A stretch of DNA of 64,000 nucleotides from an uncultured Verrucomicrobiae bacterium (GTDB taxonomy: Bacteria > Verrucomicrobiota > Verrucomicrobiia > Chthoniobacterales > Terrimicrobiaceae). Where the stretch lies: assembly GCA_963706955.1 (NCBI GenBank), contig CAVPOC010000003.1, forward strand, positions 288,001-352,000. The letters are read 5' to 3'. The notes under the pieces are model-generated. The model did no database searches, was not told the DNA's origin, and saw nothing but the letters and a program-made list of their open reading frames with translations. Positions within the stretch are counted from its first letter, which is position 1; each line of letters opens with the position of its first letter. Made by a program: the position numbers and the translations under genes. Of the stretch, positions 58,440 through 64,000 are shown one piece after another.

Positions 58440-58601
58440 ATGACCACTTCCGCCCGTCAAAAGCCATTGCCCAGAATGATCCTGATCTTGATTGCTTTGG
58501 GAGTTGTCGGTTTGGGCGTAGTTCTTGCTTTTCTGGCGACCATCGGAGACGACGTCGGAAATTCGCTTCCGCCCGCGGGCGAGGCCTCCCCTGGAGATTA
58601 G
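58440..58601 (+). CDS. Small single-pass membrane protein (53 aa)
   Basis: Basic N-terminus, one ~22-aa hydrophobic helix and an acidic tail; fills the gap between two genes. Confidence 0.5.
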   Translation: MTTSARQKPLPRMILILIALGVVGLGVVLAFLATIGDDVGNSLPPAGEASPGD

Positions 58602-58605
58602 CTCC

Positions 58606-59193
58606 TTAGCGGATGATGCGGACTGGGGTTCCGATCCGCACCATCTGGTAGAGCTGAATCGCGAAGGGGCGGGGCAAGCGAATGCACCCGTGTGATGCCG
58701 GATTTCCCGGCCGGGGTATCGGTCCGGCATGCATCCCGATGCCCCGCCAGGTCAGGCGCATCCAGTACGGCATGCGGGCATACAAGAACCGGCCTCCGGG
58801 CGGAGGAGTGTCCCGACGGGCATCCGCGTCAGCCTTTACGGTGTTCCCAGCGGTGTCGACGATTCGGCCGTAGAGCGTAGAATGTTTGTTAACGACTTTT
58901 TCGAGGATTGTGTACTCTCCGGCGGGCGTCCCGAATCCCTCTTTCCCGGTCGCCACGACCGACCAGCCGGCGTATTGCCCTCCAATGAACACCTCGGCCC
59001 GCTGCATCTGCAGATCGATGACGACACTGGGCGCTCCGTAGAGCCCTTCTGTGTGCCACTCGTAAAGCACCGGAGCTTGCACCGGGACCGCTGGCAACGT
59101 CGGCGGAGGCGCCACTTCGACCGGCGCACATGCCGCTAACACCACAAGACAGCCGCCCACAGCCCATCTCCTGCCCACAAGCATCACCGTCAT
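58606..59193 (-). CDS. L,D-transpeptidase (YkuD) lipoprotein
   Basis: Lipobox LAAC, ATGK...TP, MPYWMRL and HAG...ASHGCIRL. Confidence 0.92.
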   Translation of the reverse strand: MTVMLVGRRWAVGGCLVVLAACAPVEVAPPPTLPAVPVQAPVLYEWHTEGLYGAPSVVIDLQMQRAEVFIGGQYAGWSVVATGKEGFGTPAGEYTILEKVVNKHSTLYGRIVDTAGNTVKADADARRDTPPPGGRFLYARMPYWMRLTWRGIGMHAGPIPRPGNPASHGCIRLPRPFAIQLYQMVRIGTPVRIIR

Positions 59194-59349
59194 ATCGCCG
59201 CGCGCAGAGTGGTGGATGCCTCGGCTTATTCAAGCGAAAAAACAACCGCGGCAGCTCGCCCAGGCTGTCGCAGACACGGTAGCGCCGCGATTTCGTGCTC
59301 TAACCGCTGCGCTCAAAAACGTCGCCGACTCGTGCGCCACGCTCGGAGC

Positions 59350-60924
59350 CTATTTCGAGAGGATGCCGTAAAGTGCCTCATGCAAGCCACCTTCGGGATC
59401 CTCGGGAGCAGACTGGAAGCGAGCACCTACGTATCCGTCAGATCGCACCAACACAGCCCCAGTTTCGCCGATTCCATACGCAGCTTCGAACTCTTCACAA
59501 ACAAAATCAGCCATGTTTTGCACGCGCGACCCGAGAGGCACGTCCGGCCAAGCGCCGCCGCTGCGGCCGACAGCCAAGACCAAGCCCCCTTCGAAAAGGT
59601 CGAGAATGGACCTTCGTCCCTCGTTACGGTCGATCCAGACATGCGGCGCACGGCAGCCGGGACAAGCTGAGGGGACGTAGTCATTGATCGGGTCGGCAAC
59701 CTTGGGCGGTTTAGTGCCGTCACTGATAAAAGCACCGGATTCGTAAACAACCCCAAGATCCTGCCCTAGTCCCGCGCCGCCACGCCGACTCCGCTCCACG
59801 AGTTCGCGAACCTGATCTTCGTCGCCGCGAAGTCCCGCTTGAACGATCTCATAAACTTCGAAAGCGTTGTTGTTGGTATTGTCCATGGTTCGCAAGGCGG
59901 CGGTATGGCGTTCGGCTTCATAGCTACCGAGGAGAAATTCGCTGGCCTCCCCACGGACGACGGCGGCTAGCTTCCATGCCAGGTTGTGGCTTGACTGCAG
60001 TCCGGTGTTGAGACCCAGCCCGCCTGCCGGAGAAAGGCGCGCGGCGGCATCGCCCACTAAAAAGATGCGCCCAACTCGAAATCTCATGGCCACTTTCGGA
60101 CTCATCACCCAAGGACGCATGCTAATGACCTCGACGGGCTCGCTCGGCAGGCCGGAAACGTGCTTGATGATTCCCTCAAAGCGACCTTTGGTGTAATCCT
60201 CAGGTGTCTCATTGGGTTGAAGAAAGTGGTGCATCAACCAGAGGTCATCGCCATTCACTGCGACGAAGGCTTCGAAGTAATCCTGGGTAAGGGCTTGATA
60301 GAGGATGGCGCGACGGTCTCCCAAGTGCCGGCCATAGCGGGCCCGAAACATGACGTTAACGAAGTGGCCCATGTCGCCAGGTCCATCGGTCTCGATGGAA
60401 AGCTCCCGCCGAACTCCGCTCCCAGCACCATCGGCGGCCACAACCCACTGCGCGTGGACAGTCTCACCGGCACTCAGCTGCAGGAGCACGTCGTCCTCCC
60501 GTTGTTCGATCGAGACCACCTCGGAGCTAAAATGCACCTGGGCGATCGGCTCGTGTTGCAAGGCCTCGAGAAGAACTTTCTCGGTCCAGGTTTGGGGACA
60601 GTGAAGTGGCGTGCAGGGAGTAAATTCGGAGTGCAAGGCCGTCAGAGGCACCCGTCCATATTCCTCACCGACGAGGGACTTCGCCCAGATTCCCAAGAAG
60701 CGCTCGTCGCTGGGCAGCGAACCGCCCAAAATTCGTTCGGTCAAGCCATGTTGACGCAGAATTTCAGCGGTCCTGCGCGAGATTCCCATCGCCTTCGGGT
60801 GCACGGAAGTTCCCGATTTTCTTTCAAAGACCGCGCTTTCCACCCCTGCCCGGGCAAGCAGGAGTGAAGTCATCAATCCGCAAGGTCCGCCGCCAACAAT
60901 GGCAACGGGAACATCAATATCCAT
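59350..60924 (-). CDS. FAD-dependent aromatic monooxygenase (PheA/TfdB-like)
   Basis: GGGPCG, ADGAGS, FLVGDAA, GLGLNTG and C-terminal LVRSDGYV. Confidence 0.88.
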   Translation of the reverse strand: MDIDVPVAIVGGGPCGLMTSLLLARAGVESAVFERKSGTSVHPKAMGISRRTAEILRQHGLTERILGGSLPSDERFLGIWAKSLVGEEYGRVPLTALHSEFTPCTPLHCPQTWTEKVLLEALQHEPIAQVHFSSEVVSIEQREDDVLLQLSAGETVHAQWVVAADGAGSGVRRELSIETDGPGDMGHFVNVMFRARYGRHLGDRRAILYQALTQDYFEAFVAVNGDDLWLMHHFLQPNETPEDYTKGRFEGIIKHVSGLPSEPVEVISMRPWVMSPKVAMRFRVGRIFLVGDAAARLSPAGGLGLNTGLQSSHNLAWKLAAVVRGEASEFLLGSYEAERHTAALRTMDNTNNNAFEVYEIVQAGLRGDEDQVRELVERSRRGGAGLGQDLGVVYESGAFISDGTKPPKVADPINDYVPSACPGCRAPHVWIDRNEGRRSILDLFEGGLVLAVGRSGGAWPDVPLGSRVQNMADFVCEEFEAAYGIGETGAVLVRSDGYVGARFQSAPEDPEGGLHEALYGILSK

Positions 60925-61034
60925 AACACCAATACAATTAGCAAAGCCGGCCGAAAACTGAACAGCGGTTTCCGATCGCCTTCCTACTTTTCGGCACCCG
61001 TGCGAGGAGGGTGTTGAAGCAAGTGTCTCCTAGA

Positions 61035-61430
61035 CTAGGACTTCAAGAATGCCTTCAATGCCGGAATCTGTCGCAGAATTTCTTCAATCGTTTCGGGGCC
61101 TGCGATCTCGCGAGCTTTTTCCAGGAAGGTTTGGATAAAGGGTCGAATCTGGGAGCTCCGCAGGCCAACAGACCGCAAGTCGAAGAACGCCTTGGCGATA
61201 TCTGCTATCGAGCCGGCGACCAGCGATCCCACCTCAGGAGAGCGCCCCGCTTCAGCAGACGTTGTTCTTCCCAACAACGACGCCACGCCCGGCATTTCCA
61301 TGAGAAGTTTCTCCAGCTTTGTTCCGGCCGTCCGCTTGCGTGCGAATTCAAGCAGCACCTTGATTGCTTCGCGGGCTACCGATTCAGAGACGCCCAGTCG
61401 TTGGCTGACAACCTTGATGATCTCGTCCAA
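61035..61430 (-). CDS. Small helical hypothetical protein
   Basis: TTG start; MDEIIK.VSQRLGV...A..A...LL.F pattern of small all-alpha DUFs; in the operon direction. Confidence 0.6.
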   Translation of the reverse strand: MDEIIKVVSQRLGVSESVAREAIKVLLEFARKRTAGTKLEKLLMEMPGVASLLGRTTSAEAGRSPEVGSLVAGSIADIAKAFFDLRSVGLRSSQIRPFIQTFLEKAREIAGPETIEEILRQIPALKAFLKS

Positions 61431-61451
61431 AAGGTAAAGAGGATCGCACGC

Positions 61452-61931
61452 TCACACCGCGTCGGCGCGCAAAATTTTCTCGATTGTGTTGGTCGTAGAA
61501 TGCCCAGCGGAGAAGTCTGCCAGAACGACGCGTCCGCCATGCGCTTCGACGATATCGCGTCCACTCACATAGTGCGCCCAATCGTGTCCCTTGACGAGAA
61601 TGTGCGGCAAAATGGCCTCGATCAGCACCCGCGGCTCGTCCTCGTTAAAGATAACCACTCCATCGACAGCGCGCAAAGCGGAAAGGACCGTCGCGCGATC
61701 GCTCTCCGTATTGATCGGCCGGCCGGGCCCTTTAATCCGAAGCACCGAGGAATCGCTATTCAGGCCGACAACCAACGCGTCACCTTGGGCCCGCGCAAAT
61801 TCTAGGTACTGAACATGGCCGCGGTGGAGAATGTCAAAACAACCATTCGAGAAGACGAGTTTCCGTCCGGCTGCATCGAGTCGATCACGCAACTTTCGCA
61901 CTTCCGCCGCCGAAAGGATTTCCGAGCTCAT
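61452..61931 (-). CDS. rfaE2: RfaE/HldE domain II cytidylyltransferase-like (heptose-1-phosphate adenylyltransferase)
   Basis: FSNGCFDILHRGH, VGLNSDSSV..KG..RP, VKG.D and STT. ATG 61931. Confidence 0.9.
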   Translation of the reverse strand: MSSEILSAAEVRKLRDRLDAAGRKLVFSNGCFDILHRGHVQYLEFARAQGDALVVGLNSDSSVLRIKGPGRPINTESDRATVLSALRAVDGVVIFNEDEPRVLIEAILPHILVKGHDWAHYVSGRDIVEAHGGRVVLADFSAGHSTTNTIEKILRADAV

Positions 61932-62181
61932 ACAGTTCCAGAGCTCGGGCGCTGAACGACCGCCCAGCCGTTTGCTGCTTGACCGGACTGACCTAAAGTC
62001 ACGCTGCTGCGATTCGATCGCGACTTGCGACAAAGCAGTTCCCGCAGGTTAGCTATCATTTGCATCTGAGCTGCGAGAAAAAGTATGACCGCACACGCCT
62101 TGGACTGTCTAGAAGCAAAATGTCGAATGAACACTCCGGCCGGAAGAGAAGAGCCATGCCCATCAACGCGTGCGCCAGGTT

Positions 62182-62754
62182 TCAAAAATTTCTGGCTGAG
62201 CTTAGACGATCGTCGGCAAGCGCTAGGAATCGCAGGGCCGCCGCTCTGGACGGTGGAATGACGCCGCATAAGGAGGCGAGCGCATCAATCGCAGCGACAT
62301 TCCCCTTCGGGTCATAAACGCCAAGAATGCGGCATAGCTCGGTTTCGAAGTGGTTCAACGCTCTCAAACTGGCTGGTGATTGCTGCAGAAAATTGAGGCC
62401 GCGTCGCAAGAGACCGACAACTTCGCGGGCCGGCTGCATTGAAGGCGCGGCCATACCAGCCAGCTCACCGAAATACGAGGCCAGATAATATCCCGCGTTC
62501 CCTGCATCAGAGACATTGAAAATGCACCTGACGCTGGCCTCTCGCAAGGTATGCAAGTCTCCTTTTCGACTGAGCGAAAACGCAATGTCAGCTCCGTAAA
62601 ATAGGTCGAGCATGCCTGCGAACTCGCTTTTCGGCCGACGAGCACCACGTGCAACGGTTCGGACTGTTCCGAAGCGTTCTGTCAACCAGGTGACAATGAG
62701 GCTTGATTCCGACCATGGGATTTTTCGCAGGAGAATTGCGGCGGTTGCTTCCAT
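62182..62754 (-). CDS. recO: DNA repair protein RecO (short)
   Basis: AILLRKIPWSESSLIV..LT..FG....ARGARRPKS. Confidence 0.88.
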   Translation of the reverse strand: MEATAAILLRKIPWSESSLIVTWLTERFGTVRTVARGARRPKSEFAGMLDLFYGADIAFSLSRKGDLHTLREASVRCIFNVSDAGNAGYYLASYFGELAGMAAPSMQPAREVVGLLRRGLNFLQQSPASLRALNHFETELCRILGVYDPKGNVAAIDALASLCGVIPPSRAAALRFLALADDRLSSARNF

Positions 62755-62775
62755 TTACTCGACATCCCAGCCTGA

Positions 62776-63267
62776 TCAGGCGGTGTCCAAAACCTCCACG
62801 AGCCACTGCTGAAGTGCGGCATAGAAGTGGATTTGAAGTCTGGCTAAGTCCCTATCCGAGACAATGGTGATCGCGTCCATCTGCGAGAGCTCCGCTTCTT
62901 CCAAGTGATGCTGCGCCGCCAAGCAGAGGCGCGCCTGATTAAGTGCGTTTAACCATGACTCGGCGTGCGCGGCCGGGAATTCGAGAGTGTAGTTGCCCTC
63001 GGACTCCTGAAAGCCTCGCAAATCCGCCTCAACCACCTGGCGCGCCGACAGGAAGAAGGCATGGAGTTCAGGTTCGACATGTGCTTTCCAATCTTCGCGG
63101 AGCACTTGATCACGCGGATCGTCAGTGGGACTGGGAAAAAGCCGCTCTTCGGCCACGCTGCAATCCTGTTCAAACAGACGGGGAATCTGGCGCATCAAAC
63201 TTGCCAGCAGCGGTGGAATTCCACGCAGACCCAATCGGCTGCCAGGTATGCTGTAAAACTCCATCAC
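62776..63267 (-). CDS. DUF2017-like protein
   Basis: RLFPSP...DW...VEPEL...WLNALNQARL.L...LQQWLV; coupled to clpS. Confidence 0.65.
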   Translation of the reverse strand: MMEFYSIPGSRLGLRGIPPLLASLMRQIPRLFEQDCSVAEERLFPSPTDDPRDQVLREDWKAHVEPELHAFFLSARQVVEADLRGFQESEGNYTLEFPAAHAESWLNALNQARLCLAAQHHLEEAELSQMDAITIVSDRDLARLQIHFYAALQQWLVEVLDTA

Positions 63268-63554
63268 CTTTCCCCGTGCTCGATCGTCGCAAGTAACAAG
63301 TGAGAATGGAGCTGCTGAACGTAGAACTCGGCTCGCTCACGCGTGCCTGACCAAACAATCGAGCGCCCCTTGTGATGCACTTCCAGCATATGCGACTCGG
63401 CCTTCTCCCGGGAAAATCCGAAGACCTTGCGAAAAACTAGGGCGACATAAACCATCAGGTTCACTGGATCGTTATGGACGACCACATTCCAAGGGGTTTC
63501 GAGAGCGGGCTCACTGCGTATCCCGCTTTCAGGAACTTCCTTCACTTTTCCCAT
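63264..63554 (-). CDS. clpS: ATP-dependent Clp protease adaptor ClpS
   Basis: WNVVVHNDPVNLMVYV...MLEVHHKG. ATG 63554. Confidence 0.92.
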   Translation of the reverse strand: MGKVKEVPESGIRSEPALETPWNVVVHNDPVNLMVYVALVFRKVFGFSREKAESHMLEVHHKGRSIVWSGTRERAEFYVQQLHSHLLLATIEHGER

Positions 63555-63556
63555 CG

Positions 63557-64000
63557 TTAGGCCGCTCGCAAACCCGAGATTTTCGGGCCGCACTGAGTTG
63601 TCAAGCAATCGGCAACCATGCTTACCCAAAGGTCCACTCCGCTTCGGGGGAGACCCGCTTTGGCCTCCAGAAAAATATAGGCACCCGAAGTCGCGATCGA
63701 TGAAAGATGAAAGATCGCGCCGCGCAACGCACAAAGCGTAGCCAAATGCCCAGGAGCGTCGCCGGAACCGATCAGCGCGTGGTATCGCCCCCAAAGTCTC
63801 TCTGACTTCGGCGCCGAGTAGTGCGTCAGCAGGAATCGGCCGGCCCGAGAGCTCGGCGCCCGGAAGCTTGCCGGCAGAGCGGCATCGATCGCCTGGTCGT
63901 GATCTGCCAGAGCTCGCAAATCACCAGCGGCACAGGCCGCACGCGCCTCCGCGATGCGCGGCCAAAAGATTGTTGAAAATATTCTCTCTTTCCAAGGAAG
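63557..64000 (-). CDS. Hypothetical protein, 5' truncated by window edge (weakly UreF-like helical pattern)
   Basis: Frame open to base 64000 (LPWKERIFSTIFWPRI...DQAIDAAL...SSRAGRFLL...GHLA). Stop lies 2 nt before clpS. Confidence 0.5.
   Translation of the reverse strand, partial: LPWKERIFSTIFWPRIAEARAACAAGDLRALADHDQAIDAALPASFRAPSSRAGRFLLTHYSAPKSERLWGRYHALIGSGDAPGHLATLCALRGAIFHLSSIATSGAYIFLEAKAGLPRSGVDLWVSMVADCLTTQCGPKISGLRAA

Noticed and set aside
63557..64000. Naming the truncated ORF ureF, or calling a structured RNA here
   Set aside because: The similarity is only a weak helical pattern, no urease genes are in view, and no RNase P or tmRNA signatures are present.
1..64000. CRISPR array, rRNA, tRNA, IS or retroelement
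   Set aside because: No regularly spaced direct repeats, cloverleafs, rRNA-like tracts, transposase or reverse transcriptase motifs found; intergenic gaps are short.

Overview
A ~59% GC bacterial chromosomal window. Gene content and style suggest a soil Verrucomicrobiota (Chthoniobacterales-like) genome; this is inference, as no marker rRNA is present. Most of it is housekeeping: dhaKL plus a DhaM-HPr-full EI fusion, xylA, crcB/DUF190, dcd, ybaB, dnaX, mutS, thiG, rluD, recR, lipA, rlmH, fur-sufCBD, cysS, ispF, suhB, coaC, gmk, yicC, TamB-like, MlaD, DacA-like, pfkA, apt, a CPA2 antiporter, polX, an L,D-transpeptidase, rfaE2, recO and clpS. The best candidates for uncharacterised biology are five. 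(1) A three-gene operon: a membrane-anchored DUF2760-type protein whose C-terminus looks GrpE-like, followed by two divergent Hsp70 paralogues. (2) A YafQ toxin whose antitoxin appears to be a HicB-like domain fused to a DinJ/RelB-type tail, with an apparent ACG start upstream of the called ORF. (3) An unannotated 31-aa Lys/Ala/Pro histone-H1-like gene with its own RBS and terminator. (4) A kinase / ClpX-like / degenerate-cyclase cluster. (5) A secreted protein with lysozyme-like motifs. REP-like doublets with compensatory changes and a heptamer repeat also occur. Four +1 frameshifts (crcB, fur, asnB twice) look like assembly errors. No rRNA, tRNA, CRISPR array, integrase or IS was seen.
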